NCBI RefSeq assembly: GCF_002571385.2
Contig: NW_019217799.1
Location: 925,711 to 989,710, forward strand
Length of the DNA stretch: 64,000 nucleotides
Reading direction: 5' to 3'
Source: Stylophora pistillata
Taxonomy: Eukaryota
Positions 48,244 through 60,208 of this stretch are shown here, piece after piece; position 1 is the first letter of the stretch; each line of letters starts with the position of its first letter. The notes beneath the pieces are model-generated. The model saw nothing but the letters and a program-made list of their open reading frames with translations. It was not told the origin of the DNA and made no database searches. A program made the translations under genes and the position numbers.

Positions 48244-49964
48244 TAAAAGGAGGAGCTCAGTCCGTATTTTAAATCACAGAAGAGAGGAAAGTTTCGCAAT
48301 TGTTTGCAGAATAAAAGAAATTAATTCCATGGCTTTTGCAATTGTCCGGGGAAGAAACTAAGGGATAGCTCGTTTCCAATCGTTTCAATCAGAATAAATC
48401 TGTCTGTTTATCTGTCTTACCTTAATAAGTAGAATTCCTCCTTTTTCTTTGAAGCAACCCTCTTTCCACGCCAAACACAGGATTTTGGACAAGCCTTCAT
48501 TTCTGTGATCGACTTTTAAGGTGATAAACTGAATCTGATTAGATTTACGGAAACCAATCAACCTTCCACCGCCTGCAGCAAGCAATGATCCTAAAGGTTG
48601 GGTGCGGATACAACGGAAGGAAGTGCAGACATCAAACTTATTTCCCTTTCTAAGCAAGGAATCAATCCATGAAATTTATAGATGTAGCAAATCGTCCTTC
48701 ATTTGCTTTATAGATGTTGCCTATTCAAAACAACCATTGGTAAATTTGTGTCAATGAGAATTTTATAATTTTTGAGTCGCAAAAAAGAAACATATTTTTG
48801 TTTTCGGGCATTTCTACCGCTCCAGTTAAAGACTTTAAAGAGCAATTCGAAGGAGCAATTAAGACCACACGCGATCATGAATTAACAGATTTGATGGGCG
48901 GACTGTTACACTGAAGAAGGTGAAGATGATAGATATATTGAAACATCCGGAATTAGAAATATCTTTGGGTTTCCATGGGTGTTAAACATCATAATTTAAA
49001 ATCACTTTTATCACTGATTTCTCTGTGTGCTATTTCAAGAGTGGAAGTCGAAAATAGTTCTGTTGAGAACAAAACAGGTTGTGACAAGGTTGATTGAAGA
49101 TTCCCACATTCATGAATAGTTTTTTACTTTTCTGAGGTAAAAAGTAATTTTCTCGAACAAAAGGGAATGATATTGCTCACCATCTGGATGAGAAGTCATC
49201 ATCGAGGTCGAAATTCACAGCGTGAAACATGGTTGAAATCAATTTCACAAGTAAAGCGATGAAATTAATCTTTGAATAAGCGGAAGTTATTCAATGATGC
49301 AAGAAACTCAAATCTTAGAATTTCTTTTACAAGGTTTTAAAAAGATGATTATTTATTTTTTTTGACATGAAGAAAAAGCTTCGTTCTTTCCTAACCAGCG
49401 AGCTTAAAATTCATCACTCTTTCCTATGCTACAATCTTTATTGACTATTGACAGGAACAAAAACAGACATCGCACATCTTCCACAGCGATGTGTCAGGTG
49501 ATAAAATACCGGTAATGAAATTTAATAATCAAATTAGTCTTTACCCGACATTCAGCCTTGCAACATTGTTCATATCAATCTTTCTTCAGCCCAAAGTAAA
49601 TGCCATATGTGCAACAACTCGTCTCAAGAAGGCATTAATTTTCTGCCTCAAATTAAACCAACTTTTCGAAAAGGAAGCTATAACGAATTCAAATTAGAGT
49701 ATTATTGTTGTCTAAGTGAGAAATCTTGACTACGTACTAAAATGAAATGGAAATTTAAGAAAAATTAAATTGTGCGTTTGTTTCTAAATTTCTTGCGTTT
49801 GTAATATTCCGACGGGAATAAAGGAATCTAGGTCGAATACTTCACGTCGAGGCTCACATGTGGAGTTTCCATGATTTTAAGAGTTTCGTCCTGGCTGATA
49901 CTGTGTTCAAAAAGGTCCTACCTTGAGTGTTTTTCGTTTTGGTTTTGCGATTTGACGTTGGGAA

Positions 49965-50375
49965 ATATCCTGGTTCAAGACCTAGACCGACACCTAGTAC
50001 AAGACTTAGACCGAGAGCTAGTCCAAGACCTAGACTTAGACCTGGAACTAGTTCTAGACGTAGATCTAGAACTAGAATTAGAACTAATAAAAGGCGTACC
50101 AAGAACTAAGACGAGACCTAGACCTAGAACTACCAAGTGACAGGACCGAGAACTAGACCTGATACAAGACCTAGACCTACACCTCGTACAAGACTTAGAC
50201 CGAGAGCTAGAACTGGTCCACGATTTAGACCTAGACCTAGAACTAGTATAAGACTTGGACCTAGACCTAGTGCAAGACCTAGACCTAGAACCAGTGCAAG
50301 ACCTAGACCTGGACCTAGAACTAGAACAAGAGCTAGTACAAGACCTAGACCCAGACCTTCTACAAAACCTAGTCA
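49965..50375 (+). repeat. Degenerate hexamer array (AGACCT/AGAACT/AGACTT) with Arg-Pro coding potential
   Basis: About 410 bp of 6-nt periodicity; reads RPRPRTS.. in one + frame, DLDLEL.. in another, and SRSRSC.. on the minus strand. Confidence 0.85.
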
Positions 50376-51238
50376 AGAGGAAAGTTTACGGAGGTGACCA
50401 CGAATCGTGCGAAAATACATACTCGGCACGTAAATGGAAAATCAATCCCAACTTGAAATACCCAGTATTACTCGGTCATGTTCAGTCGTTGCAGTGTGAT
50501 TCATATAAAGGAATGGGAAAAACCAGATTCAGAATTTGATTCTTTGAAATTTACAATCCCAGAGGAAAAATGAATGAGGTGCAAATTGGGACTTTGGGCG
50601 GAGGAGCTCTCTTTTCGTTTTTGTAATGGAATTCCTTTTTAATTACCACCTACCAGCTCGGAAGAAAGGCACAGCCAAAGGATCGTGATCATTATCGTGC
50701 TTAAATTTTATTTATCATAAGTGCACAATTAGCAAAATTTTTTTTGACTAGTTCCCACAGGAAAATATAAAGCAAAGATAAAAACACACAATTTATGAGC
50801 CGGCTTTAGCCAGATAGGGTTAGATTAGCAAATTGAAAGCGTCTCTCTAACGCGGGTTTAGGTTCCTCCTAACTTATTTTTTACCAGCTATAAGTGATTA
50901 AAACTCGTAGTAAGCGATTCTAGTTAACTGAAGTATTTGGAGAAGATTCTCAGGTTGGCCAGAGGTCAGTTGACTTCAGATCTGTGGATAAGAGAATATT
51001 GTTAGTTGAGACAACGAGTATACTCTATAAACCATATAATTTTATCTCTACCTTTTTAATAATATATAAGAATACGACACTGACCGCATTTTCGGCTTCT
51101 TTAGACCTTCTAACATGGTAAAATATTCATAAAGAATCTTTGTCACGAACCGATCTCGTCTCAAACAGTATCCGGGTTTGAAGGCCAAGGCTTCACAGCT
51201 TACCCCTCTAAGATTCCCTTTGATGCCCCACCCTCCCT

Positions 51239-51665
51239 NNNNNNNNNNNNNNNNNNNNNNNNNNNNNNNNNNNNNNNNNNNNNNNNNNNNNNNNNNNNNN
51301 NNNNNNNNNNNNNNNNNNNNNNNNNNNNNNNNNNNNNNNNNNNNNNNNNNNNNNNNNNNNNNNNNNNNNNNNNNNNNNNNNNNNNNNNNNNNNNNNNNNN
51401 NNNNNNNNNNNNNNNNNNNNNNNNNNNNNNNNNNNNNNNNNNNNNNNNNNNNNNNNNNNNNNNNNNNNNNNNNNNNNNNNNNNNNNNNNNNNNNNNNNNN
51501 NNNNNNNNNNNNNNNNNNNNNNNNNNNNNNNNNNNNNNNNNNNNNNNNNNNNNNNNNNNNNNNNNNNNNNNNNNNNNNNNNNNNNNNNNNNNNNNNNNNN
51601 NNNNNNNNNNNNNNNNNNNNNNNNNNNNNNNNNNNNNNNNNNNNNNNNNNNNNNNNNNNNNNNNN
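51239..51665. other. Assembly gap (N run)
   Basis: 427 Ns. Confidence 1.
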
Positions 51666-52432
51666 GCACTATCTTTTCGCAGCCTCCGCTCATTTCATTC
51701 AAACGCGACAAAAACTTAGGCAATTTTTTGGTCAGAAGTTCTTTTCAGACTAATGAGCAACCAGGCACTTTTAAATGCGCTCGTGCACGATGCAAAACGT
51801 GTCCTTTCATTCACAACACTGATAAAATATCGGGACCTAAACGATCCATTAAGATCACCGATCACTTCACGTGCACCTCCGCTAATGTAATCTATTGCAT
51901 AACTTGCACTTATTGCAAAAAGATATACATCGGCGAAACAGGCAGAAGACTAGGTGACCGATTCCGAGAACACCTTCGAGACGTGGAAAGGAATGACAAG
52001 GACACATCGAAACCAGTCGCTAGACATTTTTAATTTACCCAATCATTCTAAGCAACATATGGCAATCTGCGGTCTTTCCTTGCACTTAGGTGGCACGGAA
52101 AGCCGTAAAAATCTTGAACAAAAGCTCATCTTTCAAACCGGCAGTCTAAATCCCACAGGGATCAATGAACGCTTTTCATTCCACTAATTTATTCATGTTT
52201 TTCTCGTTGCCATGCACCCACCAATAACGTAGCTCCATTTTCTGCCTTTAAAAGCACACACAACCCACAATTCCTCTATTCGCTCCGACGAAGGGCTAAC
52301 GCTCGAAACGTCAGCTTTTGTAATCATTACGGTGGCCAATTTACCATTTCAACTTTGTTGATATATCCAAATTATTTCGTTACTCCCACCGACGCAGCTC
52401 CAAACAGTTTCTTTCGAAACTATCAGCCTTTA
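51666..52432 (+). mobile_element. 3' end of a Penelope-like element (GIY-YIG endonuclease + terminal repeat)
   Basis: C..RCKTCP, CTSANVIYCITC..CKKIYIGETGRRLGDRFREH, VARHF(fs)NLPNHS, LEQKLIFQ.G.L.P.GIN; follows the N gap. Confidence 0.92.
52282..52315 (+). ncRNA. Minimal hammerhead ribozyme motif, core variant CCGACGA
   Basis: GCT-CCGACGA-A-GGGC(TAAC)GCTC-GAAA-CG-TC-AGC in the PLE terminus; U-to-C change relative to the CUGANGA consensus. Confidence 0.55.
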
Positions 52433-55400
52433 TCAATTTTAACCTTCATTGAGTTAACACTGAATTAATGGCTTCTACTACTCATTTGCAAATGTTACAT
52501 AGATGAAAGCAGATGATAGTTTAAAACCAGAAACCAGTTTGAGTTTTCAAACCAGAGTACATAAGTGAATGCTCATATAAGAAATTGATGAATGGCCGGT
52601 GAAGCCACCTGCAAGTTGAAGTAACGTTCATTATGCGTCATTTCATTTCACCAAGGAACATGTGTAGGATGCTCAGCATCTCATAGGTCAAGGTCAAAAG
52701 CCGAATTTTTCATGAGCTCAACCTTGATACCTTGTGTCAAGCACTTGAAAAGTTAGGTGGTTTGACCTGCCTGTACTTCTCGCTTGGCTCGGCCGGGAAA
52801 TTTCGACTTAAAAACAGTTTTTGTTTAGACGCCAACGAAATCATGAACCTAACCTAAGGCATAAATGATGATAGCGTTTTTTTCCTAAAACTTCCAAAGC
52901 CCTGGAAATATTAAGGAACGCTCAAGGCAAATGTGTTAAAGAAGTAAACCTGTCTTAACTGGAATACGCAGTAAATCAGTTGTTAAAGGGGTATCAAAAA
53001 AAAAACTACCGGACATTACATCTTACATTTTTACACAAACTGCTATCAAGAGATATTTCTCTCTGTATTCTAAGTAAAATCGAGAAAAAAAAACATGTTT
53101 TTACGTTTGCAAGATAACGTGATACTTATAACTGAGGATAAGGCTAGCCTCGGTTCTCGAGATTCAAAAAGTGTGAAAGTTACGATCCCAGAATGCATTT
53201 GATCCGAAGTCGGAAAATTTAACATACAAACTGCATGAAGTTTTCCTCTGCGGTTAAAACAGATTTTGGCTGGGCTTTTCGAGTATCCAGGAAATTAGCC
53301 TACATTCCTTAATTTGTTTGATTCAAAGGGCTACTGCTGAGAAATTTAATTGTCTTAAGGGTGTAATCCTTCGTGCGCCTCTACGGTCAACTGTATCAAC
53401 AGAAGTCAACGTCGCGCATAGCCGAGCCTTGTTCAAACTTGTCCTAAGACTAGGGCTGAATAGAACTTCAAAAGCGGCCACTATTACTTTTTCTCTTGAG
53501 TCGATTGCTTAGAGGGACCATGAAATTATAGTTTGATTCACATGAAACTTTTCCTTTCCAAACGGATAAATAAATGATAGAACAAATCATGACTTGTTGA
53601 AATTTAGGCATCTTTTACTAACCCAGTGGCAGATTTCTTAAACGTCTTCTTCAATGTCAGTGAGACGTGTAAACATGGTAGCAGAGGGAGCCCTCTAAAC
53701 TCCCGTGGAGTTTCAATAACCTGGCAACCTTTCCAACAGTGAAGTACTTTGTATTTGTTCCCTTGAACTAACAGGCTCGCGTTATCGATTCAAGGCAAAA
53801 GAAACGATTGTTACACCAAGAACTTGAAATGCGTGATTCATGTTGTAAGTCGAACGGAGAAAGGCCCGCAGTTAATAAACGAAAACAATTTTCCAAATAG
53901 GTTGAAAATTTTCCGTTTTGCAAGGACTTAACTACTTATCACCTGCCGTTGATAACAACAATCTTATAAAGGATTTTCGATCCTTGTTGAGCTCAAAAGG
54001 TTTGATAAGAAGCACTTTAAGATAAAATCGAATATGAACGATTTTAAACGTCAATTGGTAAATTAATTAGAAGAGAGGAATGACTCGCCCACAAATCTCT
54101 AACGAAGATTAAGTTATTACACTCAAACATCAGACACAAATTCATCTTAAATGCAAGTTCAAGTCACTGTATATGACTTGTAAAGCTTAATAAAACGCAC
54201 GTAAACAAGTTAAACCTTCATACATACGTTAATTTGAGATCCAAGGAGAAGCCTTTAGACGCCTTGTGTGAAACAAAGTAATAAAAAGTGCTGTAAACTA
54301 GCCGGTTTTAAGCCAACCTTTCCGCATAGATTACAGAAGCGGAAATGAGTATCGCTTTTTCACTGAAGAACCTTTCATCAGGAGATTGGTTTTGTAGACC
54401 ACACAAAATAGAAAATAGTCGCCTTTTTACCTGGTAGACTTCCTTCAATAAAATCAATTGACTCACCGATGTGCTTTCATTGGTTCATAAAATTTAATTA
54501 CGTGCTCAATACGGGGTGCTAGTGGAATATCATGGTGCTTAATGGAATATCATTAAAGGTGATCCCTCCAAAATATGTTATCGGTCATAATTATGAGTTA
54601 TCTTGTAATGGTGCCGCGCACTTAACATAAGCAACAAAACGTGAGTTAGTTCCTGAGTACCCTGAGGCTAAACTGAAAGATACGACAGCAGCAATCAGGA
54701 AATGAAACGATATGGTTATTGTTTACCATAACGACGCACGCAGTTCAATTATTAGAGCTCTTTTTTGACATCACTGCCGTTGGATTTTACAAAATCTCCC
54801 TAAATTCATAGATTACAGCTGACTGATGTGTTACGTTTTTTTTTTTAACAGAGAGGTTAATCAAGCTAACGCCAAACGGCTAAAAGTGTTCTTCTTTCAG
54901 ATGGGTTTGCGTTTCGTAGAAAATATTTGCATTCGCGGTTTTGAACACGGAATTTGTTGCTATTTCTTGAAGGGTAATTTTGAGAATCACAGGATGAACA
55001 AATAAAATCAGAGGTCATTTTAGCCCTGACGTCAGCCCTCTTGCTGAAATTCACTACTATTCCATGAGACCACAAGGGTTCGTGCTTCTAAAAACATCAC
55101 ATTGTCTGTTTTCAATCTCTCTTTCAACAATTGCATCTTTCATTCAATCTTATTACAGGCATATGTTCGAAAAACCTTTATTAAACTCGCGTTCAGACTC
55201 ATACTTTGTGGTTTCATCGGGGCAAATTTTGATCTAGAGTTTTTTTATTAAAGAAAAGAAAAAAGACAGTAGAAAATCTCTCGGGACATGATTGTCGCTG
55301 ACAGCTTCCCTGCTCTAAAGAGGAAACTACAACATTTAGAACCGGATGAAAGAAAATAATGATAAAAAACACGTTGTATTTCACAATCATGATTATCTTG

Positions 55401-56954
55401 ATTATAAGGTCAGACTTATAAGTTTCTTTAGACAGGTATTCACTGACTGTATCAAAATACACTTTTTTTATCTTCCTCAGTAAATATTGAGAAATTAGAA
55501 TCCCTGATAAGGTGGCATTATCGGCAATGATGAAAATTATTTTACGCCCTTTCACACGATATATAAATCGATATTTTCTCTTCCAGTCTGACAATTCTCT
55601 CTTTCAAAGAGATGTGCAACATATTTTCTTAAAATAAAGTGAATCAGTTACTTTAAATAATTTGACAAACACGCCTGCATCTCGAGATCTCGGCGTCTAA
55701 AACATTATTCATATATTCATGTGTTAGTAGTGTTTTTGCTCCCTGCGGAATGATGCTAACACCATAATTATTTCATGGCTTCCAACGGCAACGTTTTCTT
55801 TGCTCAATTAAGATTATTTTCGGCTCAAACCACAGAATGAAAAATATACTACATAATTAAAAGAATGAAATAAGACACGATTCATATGTCGACGCCCCAG
55901 AAGAGGAAAATAATAATAATAATAATAATAATTAACAGCGGGGATATCTTTACCAGGCTACGTGATCTGGCTGCAAAACTAAACAGCCAGGCATAGACGT
56001 GTTCTTACGTAGATTCATCTTAATGTGGGGTTAGGTCTTGAAACCTTCTAAGGCTATAAATTGTCACTAAAAATTCCAGAAGCATCTTATTTATTGAATA
56101 TCAGTAAACAGGTTAATTTGTTGAATATTTTTCACCCGCTGGGGGAGGAGAGAATAATGTGCACCGCCCCGCTTCAATTCGATTTAAACACTCCGGGCAC
56201 GAACGTTTAGCCTCAGGAAATTACAAAGATCGGTAAGACGCTATTAACCTTGCGAACTAAATTTTCAATGATCGACTTCCTCGGTTTCGATGCGGAAGAG
56301 AAATGTAAAGAATATTTCATGAACTTAAAGCAAAGAGGGGAATATCAGACATGGCTGTGATGTTGATAATATACAAAGGACTGACGCAATACAATTTTTT
56401 TTTTATTTAGAGGTGAAAATTTAATAAAAATCTTTAAATAGATTAAGACAGACGTAAGACTTGGTTCAAAATATTGAATATCTATGAGTTTGAGTCTCAA
56501 TTCTTTCAGGATTTCGCGCGTATTTTTCTACTGAAAAATTCGGTTTTTTTTTCACTCAGTGAAAGTTACAGTTCATGGAAGAGAGTCTGAATATTTAGAT
56601 ATTTGGAGGAACCAGCTCGTTAAAGTCGATTTTTCAGAGCTCGGGCATATTATTATTCGACGGTTATTTTTTGTTTCTCTTGAAGGCTAATACAATTAAT
56701 TTGAAGTACATGACAAATATGTTTATTATGTGGCGCTGGCTTTAGATGATTTAGGAGACTATAGTTCACCAGTATTTATCTATTTTGTAATGGTCTGATG
56801 AGGAGAATTAATAAATTGATTTTCAATAACTAAACCAGTGCTTTTTTGAAGTCGTGCTCTCATTAAACTTCGAATTTTGGAAAAATTTGAAATAAATGCC
56901 ATGTCCGAGTCATACAAAACCTCTATAAAGAACAAAACAATTTTAGATCGACAT

Positions 56955-58985
56955 GTTGAAGTCTTGAATGTACTAACCCTCCTAAATGTAATGAAGTCCT
57001 AAATGTAATACCATTTGGTCCGAAATGTAATAAGCCCCCCATGAAATAGTTTAACTGCGCTTGCACATCCTCATTGAGACGTTAAAGCGACAACTATTGC
57101 ACCAGAGAATCTTCTGGACAAAATGTATGGCGTATTGCGGGCTCACTCGCTGATTTTCATCAGGGTTTTTTTTGCTTGAGAGATAGGCCGAGAAGCATTG
57201 GCTACAAACCTTTCTACCGATGTGCTTTTGGCATCAAATTGACAGATCTCAAAATTATAGAACGCTGACCAATCCGGCCATCTTGACCGAACAGGCTTGG
57301 TCAAGAGATTTTATATTTTCGGCAAGTAAATTTTCACCGAAAAAAATGCGTTTCCTTTTCAGTAATCACGAATAATGGAAAATAGATTCTTTGTTTCACT
57401 TATCATGACTGGCATATCGTTCACAGTTCACGGATTTTAACTTTTCACTCTCACGAGCCACGGCAATTAAAAACAGCCGAACACGTTTCATGGAAAACAC
57501 CCACATTTACATTTAGAAATGGAGACGAGACGGACGAGACGAAATTATTTGTTTGACCATTTACCAGTGCAGATTAAAAAAAAAAAAAAAAAAAAACTGC
57601 GACTAGTTGTCGAAGAATCATGGCATGAAAACTGACAATTCTTAACCTTGGGATCGATATTAAATTATTAATTAAAATATTAAATTATTATTATTATCAT
57701 TATTATTATTAACTATTAAATTAATGTTATTCTTATTATTGTTATTGATCCTAAAGTAATTTATGAAAAGAAATATCCGAATTTGCGGAAGCATTGTAGC
57801 GGTTGGAAACGAATGATGTAGTACTTTAATATTACCACTAGTGTCGTTTACCCATTCAGACTGGAACGATCTGGTCCGTATGAAAGAACTGAAGCAGAAA
57901 CTGTGTCCAAACAGAATCTGCATAAACTTCAACATTGCCTGTATTCTGGGATACAACTCGTTAATCGACGGCAGATAAAGGCGTATTCTTTGCATTTTCT
58001 TCTCAATATATAGGACATTGTATTTTAATTTCTCCTCAGCGTCTTCCAAATTATACCACAAGGTGCGGTGGACATTATATTAGAAGAAATCGGAAAGTGA
58101 TGACGCAGGAGTATTGGCAGCTGAAGGCGTTTGAAAAGTCCCACAGTATTAGTCTTTAACTCTTAAAACTCATTAAATGGTCTTCAATGCAACGCTTTGC
58201 CTCTACTTTAAGTTAGACTTTGAGAGATATTTCTTTTACTGTGCGAAAAGGTTGGAAAATGTCTTTGTTTTCCGGGTTGAGCGATCGTTTCGGTATTTGG
58301 TGAAGGTATTTGCTTTCTCTTTTCTGTTGGGACTGTTTAAAAAGGGACTAACAAGGGACATCGATCAGAAAGCGACGACATGTAGCGATCTTTCTTGTCC
58401 TGTCAAGAAAGATGCCGTTTCCGTACGCATTGGTTAGTCTTGTTATATACCTACTTTGTTATATACCTACCTCAAGTTTCTTGACGGTACGCAACGGAGG
58501 GTGATCAGCGAAATGATTTATACATCTGGAATGCTCAATTATATCGCATAATAACATAAGTGGGGACAATTATGTCCTCTTGATCCTGGAATGCATGCAA
58601 CAAATCCAAAAAACATTTAAAAAAACCGCACATCAATGTTCGCTGATCGATGTTCAGCCACCTTAACGAGTTCTGTTTGGAAACAGTTTCCGCTTCACTT
58701 CTTTCATACGCTCTAGATCGTTCCAGTCTGAATGGGTAAACAACATTAGTGGTAATATTAAAGTAACTACATCGTTCGTTTCCAACTTCTACAATGCTAC
58801 CGCAAATTCGGATTTGCCTCAGTTCATAGACTACTTTAGGATCCCAAGGTTAAAGTTTTTCAGTTACATGCTATGATTCTTCGACAACTAGTCGCAAGTT
58901 TTTTTTTGTTTTGTTTTTTTTAATCTGCATTAGTAAATGGTCAGGCAAATAATTTCGGAAAGTTAGTACATTTAGGACTTCAACG
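56955..58985. repeat. Long diverged inverted repeat (foldback-like element)
   Basis: 57540-57915 versus 58671-58957 are reverse complements (e.g. tttacccattcagactggaacgatct / agatcgttccagtctgaatgggtaaa); 56955-56978 pairs with about 58962-58984. Confidence 0.85.
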
Positions 58986-60208
58986 CGACATCCTTCCGAT
59001 GATATGTGTCACCTTTGTTGTATTTTCAGGATGTAATCTTTACAGCTTTCATCATGAAATTTCTTGCCATCAAAGAAGAAATCTTTGAATTCAGTGACCT
59101 GTTTTATTCTTAGCCTCTCCTTCATTTTTCCTCGACAATTCAAAGCCCAACGTTTTCATAAGGACACTCCGGTCACATAGCTTATTTCGAAGAGCGATCA
59201 TTTTATCAACACCGCGTCAAAAACTGCATTTTTAACTTATGGGAGGGAAAAATTGCATGCAAATGGCAACTTAATATCAACATTGCTATGTCGGAAATTG
59301 TCCACGAGAAGGGAGCACTCGAAGATCAAGGAAAGGTGAAAGAAAATTCTGACTGTAGTTTTGTTGAAAGGCTGAGTTGGCAACCGCTAGTCCTTAGATT
59401 CTTTTTGTAGAAATTTCAATCATTGATCGACGATTGCTTCCCTTCATTATAAATTTCAAACTGGATCCCTGGAGGCCATGTGATTGATAACCTTTACGAG
59501 TAGAATTCCCAGAAAAACCAAGGTCAACGTCGATTTTTCAAACAAACACAAGGATCTGAGCGATGAGGTAAATTTTTAGTGTTGTTGTAAGACAAACATA
59601 ATGCCTCAATACTCACAGGTCACATAGAAGTCTTGTGAATGTGTCTCAAATATTCTCGTTGGTTCGAGTCAAACCACTATCGAACTCTAACACTTTAAAT
59701 ATATTGGAATATGTTTCAATATATCGAAGACTTCAAAAATATTAAAGAACAAGTTAGTATAGTCGAAACTGAATGAAAAACACACTAGCTCGAATTTGGT
59801 AATTATAGTCCGCTTGTCTAGATACATCTAAGACAAAAAATGTATTCTCCAATCCGAAACCATTCAACATATGAAACCAAATGTATCCATTTCGTACGTA
59901 AAATGACACTGAAGCAGTTTCAAACTCAAATTATAAGTATTCTCAGAACCAATAAATTTACTGTCATATAAACTAAAATCAAAATTTTTCATATTACTCT
60001 TAGTTAAAAGTAACATTGCAGAGCAACTTGATTGAAGATACAACTTTTATTCAGGTTCTGTTAAAATGAAGGCTTCTATAACTAAAAAGACATTATAAAG
60101 TCATGCTTTACAGTGCGAAGTTAAGCTACAGAATAATGTGAGATCTGTACCACAGCGATAATCTTTACAATGTTATCAGGTGGAAGTGAAATATCCAAAA
60201 CTGCAAAC

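Noticed and set aside
49975-50376. SR-rich splicing-factor-like protein on the minus strand
   Set aside because: A translation of the hexamer array; no RRM or other context.
51178-51753. 191-aa and 171-aa ORFs
   Set aside because: Artefacts of translating the N gap.
55214-55594. Third peptide precursor (MIVKYNVFFIIIFF...SCQRQSC, also CX4C)
   Set aside because: Hydrophobicity comes from a T-rich tract; no basic processing site before the cysteines and no splice support. Probably chance, but cheap to check by RNA-seq.
57672-58437. ORFs in the foldback arm and spacer as a transposase
   Set aside because: No DDE, HTH or other recognisable motif.
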